Source of the DNA: Podarcis gaigeae
Lineage: Eukaryota
DNA length: 64,000 bases
Direction: 5' to 3' (one strand)
NCBI GenBank assembly: GCA_964106915.2
Contig: OZ066917.1
Part shown: positions 45,880 to 58,743 of the stretch, piece by piece
Position numbering within the stretch: the first letter of the stretch is position 1
How the letters are laid out: each line of letters begins with the position of its first letter
Translations under genes and position numbers: made by a program
Notes under the pieces: generated by a model
What the model saw: only the letters and a program-made list of their open reading frames with translations
The model's database searches: none
Told to the model about the DNA's origin: nothing

Positions 45880-48800
45880 CTTACAAAGGAGTAAGGGCCA
45901 TTGCACCCCGCAAGACTTGAATTTCCAAACAGGCTTGGTTGGGGACTGCGCCACAAAGGGGGAGGGGAGAAAGTGGGAGGGCGGGCCTCAAAACCCCATC
46001 CCAGGAAATCGATGAGGAAGATGATGCTGGGGTAGATTTCTTGTGTTTAATATTTGTTTTGTTTTTCCCTCGGGCATGCTCGCTACTTTCTTTACTAGGG
46101 CCCGGGGCGAAACCGTTGTCCCCTGTCGCCGCACCGCCCCCTTTAGTTGTCTCTCCCTCGCCATAGAGAGAGCTTTGTGTAAAAGCCGAAGAGGCGCTGG
46201 CTGCTCGCGCTCCAACAGCTGTCACATTATTTGCACTAGCTGTAAACAGCCTTCGCCCCCCCCCTCCGCCTTTCTCCCTCCCCACACCACATAGTTAAAT
46301 CCAGACTAACAATCCTCAGTTAGAGATCAAACCAACAACAGCAGCATTGTGTCTGCCCTTCCTTGCTCTAGCATCACTCCTGCAGCTGGTTTACTCGAAA
46401 CAAGGAGCCCCCCTCTCCCCTCCCTACCCCCCCGCCTCCCCCCAGGCCAGGGAACTATTTGTATCAGCCGGTCCCTCACTCTCGCGAACTCTCCTTGGGC
46501 AATAAATGGGGTCTTTTAAAAAGTAAGCTTTCCTCCGCCTCCCCGCGCGCCACCCCCGTCCTCTTTTTGCTCTTTTTTGAGGCGTCTCTCTCTCCCCCCC
46601 CCCCTCTCTCTCTCATTTCCTCCCCAAGTCGCCCTCTCCCCGAAGGGCCAGGTCAGAGCTGGAGTCCTCTTCTGCTCGCCTCCAGTCCAGCTGCAGTAGC
46701 TTAGCGCGCCCCCCGCCCGCCCGTGCCTTTGCCCGGGTCTCGCTCATTGTGGCTCTTAGAAGCTTTAATGCCTCTCGTTCCGCAGGAGAAATTCCTCAGC
46801 TGGCTGCATTTGCAAGCGCGGGCGTCGGGGGGGGGGGGCGCCGAGCAGAGAGCAGAGACTGTTGCTTTCTTGCCGTGCTGCTTTTAACAGTTTCTTTCCC
46901 TCGTGGTCCTTAAGAGACGCATCCCGTCGCCCCCGCCCCCAGCGCTTCTCATCAGCTCCCCAGACGCTACAGGCCCCGGACAGTGACGTGGACCCGATTA
47001 TTTGCATTGAGTGACACGAAGAGACGCCGTGTCACTCAAGCGAGAGGGACGCGGAGGGAGGGGGTGGTTTGAAATCCTTTTTTTCCAGCGCCTGCCGCAC
47101 CCGGCGCCCGCTACCTGAAGCGAGCACTTGCAGGCCGGTTTTCTGTTCCCCGCACCAGCTGAGGCCCAAATACTCGAGTCGTGGCTGTCTGGAGAAAGAA
47201 CGAGCTGCCAGAAAGGGCGCCCAGTGGGTTATTCTGATGTTGGGAAACTTCCACCCAGTAGAAGAGATAGGGGTTACTGGGTCGGTGATTGTGGGGGCGA
47301 AGCAAGGGGTAGAACCATAGAAGTGTAGAGTTGGAAGGGACCCTGAGGGTCATCTAGTCCAACCCCCCAATGAAGGAATATGTAGCTCTCCCATATGAAG
47401 GTAGGAAGTAGGGCATCCACATTAGTGTAGGAGCAGCTCATGGCTACCCATGACCTTGCCTAGGTACCACCTTCTGGCTTGTCCCAGTTCAAATGAAAGG
47501 GGGGCTCGCTCAGCTCTTATTCCCACGTCCCACACCCACTAACCGCTGGACAATAGCCATGTTAACTTGGTCCTAAATCCCTGTGTTCAGTTAAGGTTTA
47601 CTCTCAAGGCAAGTGCATATAATATTCCCCCTGCCAGAGCGACCAAGACCCACTGGATATTGCTCCCGGACAGCCTTGCTGCTGCTGCTGCTGCTGCTGA
47701 TACTCCGTTATGGTTTTTGGCCAAGCCCCGAGCAAAATAACGGAAATGGAAGGTCTTATGCCGCATGACAGGAGCAGCCCCAGTGAGGCCTGCCATATTT
47801 TCTTGGACTACAATTCCCATCAACCCCTAGTCATTGCATCCAGCGGCTAGGGATTATAGGAGCTGTAGTCCCTGCCCGACGGTGATGCCGGCGAGTGCCC
47901 CCCTCTCTCTCATACACACGTGTCCTCCTAGGCACCCTATGTACTCATTGAGCAATTGAACTATTTGCCTATCCTTAAAAATAAAAAAATCCCTGCTGCG
48001 TAAAATACAGCTCTTGTATGCCAAAGTCCTCAGGAGCCGGAGGAACAGCTGCTTAGGTGTCCTGATCTTTTGGGCAAATAGCTGAGAAGGAAGCTGCTTT
48101 GGTCTCTCTGGGCCAGCGGGCAATTTGCCACCAACTACTTGTTCAAAGCCCAGGCGACCCTCACCGCAGAACAAACACACAGCATTTTCCTTGGGAAAGA
48201 GACCCTGGTCCAGCCTGCGGCTTTCCTCCTCTCGAGTAGCTGGCCTTTAGGTTCAGCGCAATTCATCTCGATTATGACGGGGAGACCAGGTGGCTGGAGC
48301 TGTGCAGGCCGAGTCTCAGCTGCGGTCTCCAAGAGTGCAGCTTTGGGAGGCACCAACAGCCGCGAAAATTAACTCTTGACCCTAAACACATTTACATGGC
48401 AGCCGGCCCTGCTCAAGTCAAGAAGGCTGGCTGGCTCCAGTGTGCAAAAGCAGTTAACTCTGCAAAGGGAGTAAATCTCGTGGTTGTACCTCCGTAGACC
48501 CCTGGCAACTGACAAGCAGGCCTGTGTCATAAGCAACCTCTGAAGACCGTTTCTTTTTGTTTTCCATTCCCCCCCTTTTTATTACTACTGTTTTTTATAA
48601 AAATAATTTTTAAAAAATCTCTCGAAAATACAGTTGAAAACCTAGGATACGAAAGAGGCGCAGGGAAACTAAAGCGGTTGGGAAGGGAGGAAATTGGCGG
48701 TGCATTTCCTTACTTGCCAACTCCTAAATTTTATTAAACCATTGGGGCTTACTCCTAAAGTGTGTCGGAGATGGCAGCCTAAGCGTCTTGCTTCACCTTA

Positions 48801-50800
48801 GAAACTGTAACAGCCTAACCCCACGCAAGATTACCCGCCGGAAGCAAAACGCACGGGAGTCCTTAAATGGGCCTTTTCCCCACGTTAACTGCGCGTGGGG
48901 TCGCAAACGTAGACCGCAAGACTTCTATGGAAATAAGTCCCATTTAACTTACTTCCGAGTAACCACGTATTGGATTGGGCTGCCGCCGCGGCAAAGGATT
49001 GTTTGTGCCTTCGCCGCCACAGAAAAGCAGGGAACTTGCTCCACTGCAAGCCGAAACCCCAGGCGACATCTCGCCCCAACCAAGGCAAACCAGTAAGCTC
49101 GAGGGAACTTACTTCCGAGGGAGAAGGCATAGGATCGGCCTGCGCGGGTCTTTGGATCTGGGGCTCTGCCTGTGTTCGAGACAGCGGGAGGCGCAGACTC
49201 CAGCCCTAGCTACTAAAGGTTAAAAGTCAAAACAAAAAAATTCCTTCCAGTAGCACCTTAAAGACCAACTAAGTCAGAAGAAGTGTGCATGCACACGAAA
49301 GCTCATACCAAGAACTGACTTAGTTGGTCTTTAAGGTGCTACTGGAAGGAATTTTTTTGTTTTGACTATGGCAGACCAACACGGCTACCTATCTGTAAAG
49401 GTTAAAAGGTTTCGCTAGCGCAGCTCCTTGTCTCCGACAGACGAGCCGCTGCCTCCGCAGCACCCAACTTCCGAGCCAAATTCTCCCGGGCGAGCGATTC
49501 CAAGCATCCGCATCTTTGTAGCCCTGCTGTGGTCAGTTACAACCGGTGCCTCAGCCGAGCTGGCAATTTATTTGCTTGCCGCTGTACAAAGTGGGGGGGG
49601 GGCGGGTGGAGAGAGGAGGGAGAAAGAGAAAACCATTGCTAACAAAATAATGTCAGCAAAGGCTGCAACACATTCTTGCGAGAGAGCAGCGCTTCGTGCC
49701 TACCGAGGCTCTTTCAGCACAAAGGCTTTTAGAGAGGAAGACGGGAGGGGGCGGGGGAGGGAGAGGAGGGAGCGAGAGCGCTCTCGTATTTCAGGGCTGT
49801 TGTCCCCCTGGGAACCAAGAACCAAGTGTAGCTTCAATCAAATGCTGACTTCTCCTTCGGGAACTCAGCAGGAAACCTGATCTCACAAGTTTATGCCTGC
49901 CTCCATCTACACGGGCTGGGCTCCCCCCACGCCCCCATCCGCCTTCCCTTTCATACCAGCAATTTGTATATAGAGACGAGATCCAATATTCCTGATTGAA
50001 AAGGAGATGAGGCGGGAGGGCGGGGAAATCAGGTCGGGGACTCTCCGTTCTTGCCAAAAGCAAAACAGCCTCGAAATATCCACGCAGGGCAGCCTCGCGT
50101 CGCATCCACCGGGGCGAAGCCGTTGTTCCAAGCTCGCAAGCCGTCTCCTCCTCCCACCCGTATTCTTTATGCTCTTGATTACACGTACAAGGAATCTCCG
50201 GCGCGTAAGGCTGCAGCCCTTTTGGGTAGACTTCCTTGGGAAGAAGTCCCACTGAACTTAGTGGGGCTTACCTCCAAGGAAATGTGCCTGAGAGCGGACC
50301 TTTGGATGTTTGCTTCCGCACCCAGATCGTCGTTACTCAGCAGTAAGCAAGGATGCTCAGCCGATGGTACCGGCTTCCTGGCCATTATTAGGAGAGCTGC
50401 ATCACAGCCCGAGGACCCCCTGCAGGATTTAGGCGCGCTCAACTGTTTGTAGGATCGGGCTCTTTGGTCAGGTATACGAAGCCACTGGAAACATATTTAC
50501 GGTTCGCTTCGTTTCGACCCGAGACCAGATTAGCCGAACCACTTGGTTTCACGGATCCGGTGATCGGCGTAATAGTTTAAGCTCTGTCTAGAATGGGAGC
50601 CCAGGCGTGGGTCAGGTGGGACGCGCCCAAACAGCAACCTTGTGGCGAGAAACAATGCTCTCAGGAAGGCCACTGTCCACCCGGGCCACCCCATCTCCTC
50701 CTCCTCTCCAATCAATGATCAGGAAGGATTCTTGATGGGGAACTGCAGCTTCTTGTGCAAGACCAACTGCGAGTGTGGTTTACACAACCCGCCCGGCCAA
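45880..50800. promoter_or_regulatory. Second CpG-rich domain (upstream regulatory region or alternative promoter)
   Basis: CpG-dense, with GC boxes at ~46705-46725 and ~46928-46940. Confidence 0.6.
49226..49396. mobile_element. Penelope-like fold-back element with truncated hammerhead
   Basis: Same sequence as 52626-52864 in the opposite orientation; inverted arms; flanking duplication taaaggttaaaag (49214-49226, 49396-49408). Confidence 0.8.
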
Positions 50801-52723
50801 GAAGCAGGCAGGAGGAAAGGGAGATGACAGGAACCGAGACTCAGTGGGGAGGAAGGCGTACCAGTCACTTCCTGCTCTGAGGTTCCTTAACTGGGGGGAG
50901 GGGGCGTTTCAGCCACTCCTCTCTCTCTTTTTTACAACTCTGCTTGGCTTCTGCTTGTAAAGGGTTCCTGAAACTAACAACCCATGGTTCAAGTAACATC
51001 TCAGCTTGTTCAGAGCACAGGGGACAAAAGAACTCTCCCCTGGCCTACCCAAGATAGCGGATACCACAACAAACATATCAGCCTGAAAGCACCACCAAAC
51101 CCTTTGCTTATTTTTTTGTTAAACCAGAGTAGAGTCCTTATGCATGTCTACTAGAAAGTAAGCAAAATACTTACTCTTCAGAAAGTGAATATGATTATTG
51201 CCAAATACGCCTTTTTCACCACCCCCATACTGTATATTTTTCCCCCCAAGTGCTCCCCTTCTCTTTAATGTTGCACTTATTTAGCAAACCCGGAATTTGT
51301 TTAATTGCTTTCTTTTGGCCTCCCCCAGCAACTTGCTCCTTTTGAAAATGCTGTACGCACTCAAAATTATGCACACTCTCCAATCTATCACTATGTCAGG
51401 AAAGGCCTTGCAGAGGTGGCATAGAACTACTGAGCAAACATAGCTCATGGATTGCAACCACACATCTTATTTTGGGTTTGGGGTTTCCTTCAAGGAAGCC
51501 AGTCATCCTCCTGATAAGAATTTGCCTATGCCAATTATAATGTGCAAATGGGTAACCTGAAACTGCATGTGTATTCATAAGTGAGTCTCAATGAGTTCAC
51601 TGGCACTTACTCCAAAGTAAGTATAGTATTCATCGTATTGCAGCCATTACCATGTTGCCCAAGCCACAGTAAATCCAGAATCACTTGATTCATTGATTGA
51701 TTGCTTTGAACTCAGTGTACCTAGAAGTACATGCATTAAGCTCTGTTGCCACAGTGCACACCCTGATAACTGAATCCTGATCTACAGGTTAAAGTTCACG
51801 TTATGGAAGATGCCAGCATGGTTAAAGAGCAGTGTAAACAAAGGTATAAAAAGGTAAGAAGGTTCCCCTATTCCAAAATGAAAGTCTTGTCCTAATTAGG
51901 TGGTGAGAATTAAAAACACACAAGTTATGGCAAAACCAATGTGCTGGGTAAAAGAAGCCAGCACAGCAATTGAGAAGCAAAATTCTAAGTGCATATAACA
52001 ACTAACATTTATTAAAATAATATACGGCTTTATAAGGCTTTGGGCTGGGTGTCCACCAGTATGCAGATGATACCCAGCTCTACCTCTCCTTCAAATCAGA
52101 ACCAGTGAGGGCAGTGAAGGTCTTGTGTGAGTTGCTGAGGCGGTTGGCGGGTGGATGGCAGCTAACAGATTGATGCTGAATCCTGACAAGACAGAAGTTA
52201 TGGGGCACAGGGGGCAGGTGGGTGTGGGGGACTCCCTGGTCCTGAACAGGGTAACTGTGCCTCTGAAAGAACAGGTGTGCAGCCTGGGAGTCATTTTGGA
52301 CTCACAGCTGTCCATGGAGGCACAGGTCAATTCTGTGTCCAGGGCAGCTGTTTATCAGCTCCATCTGGTACGCAGGCTGAGACCCTACCTGCCTGCAGAC
52401 TGTCTCACTAGAGTGGTGCATGCTCTAGTTATCTCCTGCTTGGATTATTGCAATGCACTCTACATGGTCACCGAGAAACTACAACTAATCCAGAATGTGG
52501 CAGCTAGACTGGTGACTGGGAATGGACACCAGGACCATATAACACCGGTCCTAAAGGATCTTTACTGGCTCCCAGTACGTTTCTGAGCACAATTCAAAGT
52601 GTTGGTGCAGACCTTTAAAGCCCTAGTTACAGATAGGTAGCCGTGTTGGTCTGCCATAGTCAAAACAAAACAAAAAATAAATCCTTCCAGTAGCACCTTA
52701 AAGACCAACTAAGTCAGTTTTTG

Positions 52724-52761
52724 GTATGAGCTTTCGTGTGCATGCACACTTCTTCAGATAC
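52724..52761 (-). ncRNA. Minimal type I hammerhead ribozyme motif, inverted copy
   Basis: Exact reverse complement of 52775-52812. Confidence 0.78.
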
Positions 52762-52773
52762 ACTTCAGATACA

Positions 52774-52813
52774 GGTATCTGAAGAAGTGTGCATGCACAC
52801 GAAAGCTCATACC
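52774..52813 (+). ncRNA. Minimal type I hammerhead ribozyme motif
   Basis: GGUAU-CUGAAGA-A-GUGUGCAUGCACAC-GAAA-GC-UC-AUACC: stem I, CUGANGA core, stem II hairpin, GAAA, UH site after 52808, palindromic AGCU in place of stem III. Confidence 0.8.
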
Positions 52814-53223
52814 AAGAACTGACTTAGTTGGTCTTTAAGGTGCTACTGGAAGGAATTTTTTTTTCTTTAAAGCCCTAAACGGCCTTGGCCCGGTATACCT
52901 GAAGGAGCATCTCTGCCCCCATCACTCAGCCCAGATACTGAAGTCCTCCTCTGAGGGTCTTCTGCTGGTTCCCTCACTGCAAGTAGCGAAATTACAGGGA
53001 ACCAGGCAGAGGGCCTTCTCAGTAATGGGGCCCTCAGTAGTGGTTCCCTCCCTATGGAACACCTTCCCTTCAGATGTCAGTGAAACAAACAACTATCTGA
53101 CTTTTAGAATACATCTGAAGGCAGCCCTGTTTAGGGAAGTTTTAAAGGATGTTTTTATTATGTTTTTAGATATGTTGTAAACCGCCCAGAGTGGCTGGGG
53201 AAACCCAGCCAGATGGTAGGGTG

Positions 53224-53224
<1 letters not shown>

Positions 53225-53262
<38 letters not shown>
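53225..53262. repeat. (TAT)n microsatellite at the L2 3' end
   Basis: Read directly. Confidence 0.95.
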
Positions 53263-53265
<3 letters not shown>

Positions 53266-53489
53266 CCATCCAGACAAGTCTTCTTAAGGATTGGTAACTG
53301 ATTAAAGTATAAGTAGCAGAGGGTACAAATAAAGGAACAATTTCCTACAATTAAGAGAAATAAGCAGTGGGATAGGATCAGACTTGTGACCTGTCCCCCA
53401 CCCCCACAGACAATCTGAAATCCAGGACAAGTAACGAGGTAGCCAGGTTTATGGATAACATCCAAATCCTTCAGATTGGTAAAATCCCA

Positions 53490-54720
53490 AGTAAACAATG
53501 AAGAACTCCAAGATGGGCAATTAGCCGACAAGATGGCCAACAAGAGTCTATCTAAGTGCAAAGTGATGCACACTGGGGCACAAAATCCTAACTTCGTATG
53601 ATGGGAGCTGACCTAGCAGTGACCAACCAGGAAAGATCCACGGATCATGGCAGACAAATCAATGTGGGGGGGACAGACGGACCTAACTCAGTCAGTGTGC
53701 AGAAGCACAGTGGTACTTAAGAACTTCATTTGTTCTGGAGGTTTGTTCTTAACCTGAAACTGTTCTTAACCTGAGGTACCACTTTAGCTATAGGGACCTC
53801 CCTCTGTGCCGCAGCGGTGCAATTTCTGTTCTCATCCTGAAGCAAAGTTCTTAAGCCATAGTACCAGTACTATTTCTGGGTTAGGGGAGTCTGTACCCTG
53901 AAGCGTCTGTAACCCGAGGTACCACTGTATTGAAAGAGGCAAAGTCAACTTGCCACTCTAGGTATTCACTGCAGTCATATCTGGACAATCATACAAGAAG
54001 GAACAGAGACAGGCTTGCAGGTCTTTGCCCTCTCCAGTACATCACCTTTATCCTTTTTGCAGCCCTCCATGGACTTGAGGGGAAACGTCTAAAGCAGGGA
54101 ACCCTCCTCCATGCAAGAAGGCTCCCAGCATGACGTAGAAACGGCAGGGTTCTGAGCTGTACATAAAGCCTCCATGAGTAGATAGGTGAGGCTCCCTGCT
54201 TCAGACTTTTGCCTTCAAGTTTGTTTAGGGCTGTGAATAGGCTGAGGTGACACACCAGCCTCTACATCACTGTTTACATGCACGCATGCCGAACAAACAG
54301 GGCTAGAAGTATAAGCCTTTCAGCCTTTATGGATATTTGTGGTGTGGCCACCTTTGGAGCACTGCATGCAATTCTATTGCCCCCTCTAAATAAGGAAACT
54401 ATAGAATTGGAAAAGGTACACAGAAGGGGGACAAATTCCTTACCAGGATAAAGACTTTTAAAGTTGTGAATAGTTTGAAGAGGGTGTATGTTTTTTTAAA
54501 AAAAAGTTTATCCACTCTCAAAATACTAGAATTTAAGATTGCCCAATGAAATGAATCAGAAGTCAATTCAGACCTGACAAAAGTAAATACTGTACAAAAG
54601 TAAATTTATGGAACTCACTGTCACAGGATGTGGTAATGCCACTAAATAGGATGGCTTTTAATGTGTTAAATAAATGCATAAAGATGATATCACAGCTCCA
54701 TCACATGATAGCTAAATGGA
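53490..54720 (+). mobile_element. Degraded CR1 LINE 3' region with nested insertions
   Basis: aagtgcaaagtgatgcac (KCKVMH) and ttggaaaaggtacacagaagg (LEKVQR-like) motifs; split by a MITE and by an old inverted-repeat segment at ~54030-54260. Confidence 0.7.
53708..53927. mobile_element. Tc1/mariner MITE, copy 2, inserted in a CR1 remnant
   Basis: cagtggtac to gaggtaccactg|ta; internal sequence matches 18639-18863. Confidence 0.88.
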
Positions 54721-55371
54721 ACCCCCATTTTCAAAGGCCAATGTACCAGAATATTTTCTGCTGCCAGCTGGAGACCTACTTTTTCACCCAGGCATTTGTG
54801 GGTATTAGTGCCAGTAAGACTCCTTCTATGCTATCATTTGTGCAGAGCTGCTGGTTGTGTTGATTTATTATCTGCTCCCCTTTTTGTCTTATGGAATACT
54901 GCAATTTTTATATATTATTAATTGTATCTCACACTGGGTTTGTTTGTCAATGACGAGCAGGCCACATATATTAAAAAATTATTATTATTACATAAATACC
55001 AGAGTCTGGGGACAGCTGTGTTGCCTTCCTGCCCTGCTTGTAGATTTCCCAGAGGCATCAGTCTGGCTACTGTTGAAAGAGAATGCCGGACTAAACGCAT
55101 CTCCCCCCACCCCCAGTCTGGTCCAGCACTGCACTTCTTAAGGTCTTATTATAGGCTGTGCATGCTCAGATCTATATATACAGACATCAGAATTGAAACC
55201 AGCACAGCCCCAAATATGGTGCCCCATCAAATAGGGCCATCACAAGCCCCCAGGAATCTGTCAATCCCTGTCAATAATCTGGGCTCCAAATCTCACTTTC
55301 TATGAATGTGGGTTTAATGTGGCTTAGATGTCCCTGGTTGAATTTATGCAGGGAATTATTATAAGCTACCC

Positions 55372-55406
55372 TGTTTTTGTTTGTTTGTTTGTTTGTTTGT
55401 TTGTTT
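55372..55406. repeat. (GTTT)n microsatellite
   Basis: Read directly. Confidence 0.93.
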
Positions 55407-58400
55407 AATGCTTGGGTAGTTTCAATCCATCCTAAATATTTACTCTGAAGAAAGCCCCAAGGATTTTAATGGAAACTACTTCCAAGGAAGTGTGCATAGG
55501 ATGGCGGATATGACCTACTTCCAAGCAAGCAAGTTTGCTTCTCTAAGCCTGCACCCCCTCCTGCATTTAATAACACCACTGAAGTCTTCTGAAAAGCCTA
55601 AGCAAGATTGTCTTCATCTAAGCCTACAATTCACTTCCTTGATGGAAAGCACAACCTTGCAGTGCAAAAATAGACAACATCCGCTTACTTCTCCCCCCCC
55701 CCCCACCACCAAAACAAGCACAAAGTAAATATAGCCTGAACTCTACCAATTCACTTTCCTTCACTTTTCAAGTGCCTCCCATCCTACGGGCAGCCACAAG
55801 TGCAATTTTGTTCAGATGTGGGAAACTGATTTTATTCCTGATCGCTAGAGCTGTACCCTTCAATAGAAACATTAAGTCGGCATGCTCTCCCTTCTTGAAC
55901 AAAAGAAATAGCAGCAGAGTATTCTGTTCCTGAAGTCTGACAAGTATCCCAGTTTGTGCATTTTTAGGAATCTGAAGTTGCAGTCCTTTGCGCACTTCTT
56001 TAAGGAGAAGGTTTAACTGAGCAAAGTGGGCCTAGCTTCTGAGTAAAACAGGATCTTTCCCTGCTGCCGTAGCCCCCGGACTGACTAATAGCAGAATGCT
56101 TTCAAGTTAAACAACAACAGCACACAAATGAAAGCACTGAGGTTTAAGACATCAGCCCTAAAGACTTGGATGGAAGCCCCAGTTATTTTAGCAGGACTTC
56201 CTTCCAACTAATTTGTTTCGGATTTAGGTGTTAGAGGAGTGGCCAGGTTTTTTGTTTTTGTTTGTTTGTCTCAGTTTACGGTAGTCAGGCATTACGCTCA
56301 AGGATCCCGCCTAAAGCTAAAATCGCATATAGTCAAAACATATAGGGTGCAATGGTGGATGGGATCGCCAAAGTCTTTTTTGTCCAGACACAGGCACTCT
56401 TTCCACCCCCTTTTAATTCCCACACACCCACCTCAAATTTTTGGCTAATCTTAATGCCCACAAGTTAAATGTGCTTAAATTGCAAGGTAACTGAGAAGCT
56501 AGTCTCATCGCCTTAATTAAAGCTTACTCCCAGAAAAACGTGCACGGGACTGTAGCTTTAGACACTGAGTAAAGCAGGTCAAAGCTGCAATCCTATCCAT
56601 ACTTATTTGAATGAACCCACACACACCCCAATGGACAAGCTTGCATAGGATCCAACTGCACAGAGAACATTTGCGAAGAGAAGTGTCCCCAATATAAATG
56701 TTCAACGCTGTTTCGTGGCTTCTTTTGCACGCGTGTTCCAGAGAGCGGCTGCAGCGCACTTTCGGAGGAAGTGGGGTGCCTCCCCTCCCCCGCCCAGCTC
56801 TCCTGCTGCTACTAAATTAAGGCGATACAAAGTGCACGGAATGCTTTCCTCTAAGGAGATGTGCCGCAGAGCGGAACAGTCACCCACCCCCTTTCCTAAC
56901 GGTTCGCTGACTACACTCAACTCTCCGCACAGCCAGTTTCCAGGGAAGCGACTGCTGCCGGATTCTGTATTTTTCTCCTCTAATTGCCTTATGATCAAAT
57001 TAAAACCTTGTCCTTGCCTTCTGGAAGACAAGGCTCACTCGCGATCCAATATATTCTTTTTTACTTAATAACGTATGAGAGGACACGGCCGAAATTCCAT
57101 CAAGGGTCGGAACTCTTCCAAGGGACTCGCGCGGGTTTCCACGGTGGGATCGCTCAGGATTCCCACTCTCGCTCTCTGGAGCAGAGCCGGATAACGTTCA
57201 AAGCGACCCAAGCCTCCTCCAAGTTCCACAGTTCTAAAAATAGACGCCTAGCTAAGAACCCGGGAGTTTAGCAGGTCTTTTACGTTTGTGCCTACACATT
57301 AAATTTAGTTTAATTTAGCTTCCGGTGTTTAATTTTAGCCAGTCTTCCCCTTCCCCACCCCCTTCTCTCCCTCTCATGCAAATCAATATGGCAATTACCA
57401 TCTAAAAGCTTGCCCAGCCCCAGGTCAATGTAAATTGATCATTGTCCGCCTCCTACAAAATAACACCGGGAGCCTGTGGTGCATAATGAGATTATACTGG
57501 AAAGTGTCTTGCAGATCACGAAATTATATTTCATGCAGCCAAAGGATCGTCTTCCACGCGGGCTTCCTCCTACCTGCCCTCCTCACAGCACTGCAGCGGA
57601 TGAAATGGGCCAGGTGTGTGTGCATAATTTAAATGCAAGCGGAAGGGCCAGGAAATGAGCTGCTGCCGCAGCTATCACCGCTTTTCTGCCCTGGCTTTCT
57701 AATCTTTGACAGGTAACGACGAGGCAAGAACCGCGTGCATAGGTTTCTCAAGTGATCAGGAATTTTAGTTTAGCCGTGTGTGTTGCCTAAGCTGCAAAGT
57801 ACTTTGGTTCCCTAGCAAATAAGGAAAACGAAGACGCTTCAAAAGGACAAGATGATTTTCTACGCGGTGTGGATGGGGGGGGTGCTGCTCGCTCCTTTCG
57901 ACTTGGTGGCCTCCTTGCTTTCTGCCCGAAAGTCAGCTCATCCATTAAGGAAGAGTCACCGCGCACGCCAGAGGAGCCCTTGTGAAACATTCGTTAACTT
58001 TCGCACGGAAAGCACGCCCCGGCTGCTTGCTCGCTCGCTTGCTTGCGATTCAGGGCCCGACAGTTGAACAGGGCCGAGGAAAAGGGAGGTCGCTTCAGCG
58101 TAATTCTCGTTTATCAGCCCGGCTTGGGGGAAAGGACACACAAGGATTAAACGCAGCCAGCGCTGCTCGCCGAAATGGGAACTCCCCCTGTCTGCAAACG
58201 AGGCCTCCGCTCCACACTCGAGTCAGGGAGGGCTCTAGCGTTCTTCTTCCCTCCCACCCCACCTCCTTCGGATGTAGTACACACACACACACACACGAGA
58301 GAGAGAGAGAGAGAGAACGACGTTAGTCTGGCTCTCTGGAAAGAATCTGCTTGATCTATTTAACTGGCTAGTGCAACATTGCGCGGAGAGGAAGGAAGAG

Positions 58401-58670
58401 GAGGAACATACGCACCCACCCACCGCCTCCCCTCCTCCCCACCTTCTCTCCCACCCTCCCTACCACTAGCATTTATTTTTAACAAGCAAGCCCAGCAGGC
58501 GAAAGCACCGGAGGCTGCGGTGCCGATCGTGTTGCATGGCTGTTTGTGAGGCCTCCCTGGAAATGGAGGGCTAAACGCGAGATGGTGCGTTGCGCCGCGA
58601 CGCCTGGTATGTAAACCAAGCAAGCAGCCGCTGAACAGAAGCCGGGACAAGCAAGCCTGCTCTACAGGAT

Positions 58671-58742
<72 letters not shown>
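58671..58742. repeat. (GATA)n microsatellite
   Basis: About 18 perfect units. Confidence 0.98.

Positions 58743-58743
<1 letters not shown>

Larger units (their letters stand above)
52626..52864. mobile_element. Penelope-like fold-back element nested in L2
   Basis: About 80-bp inverted arms with one mismatch, one arm longer than the other; perfect 13-bp duplication CTTTAAAGCCCTA (52613-52625, 52865-52877); hammerhead motifs. Confidence 0.85.
52040..53225 (+). mobile_element. L2 LINE 3' fragment (RT C-terminus plus 3'UTR), interrupted by a Penelope-like insertion
   Basis: HQYADDTQLYLSF at ~52053; ORF 52155..52586 (RLMLNPDKTEV, LDYCNALY, HITPVLKDLYWLPV); ends in (TAT)n. Confidence 0.93.

Noticed and set aside
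52155-52586. 143-aa ORF as a host gene
   Set aside because: L2 ORF2 C-terminal fragment with deletions and stops.
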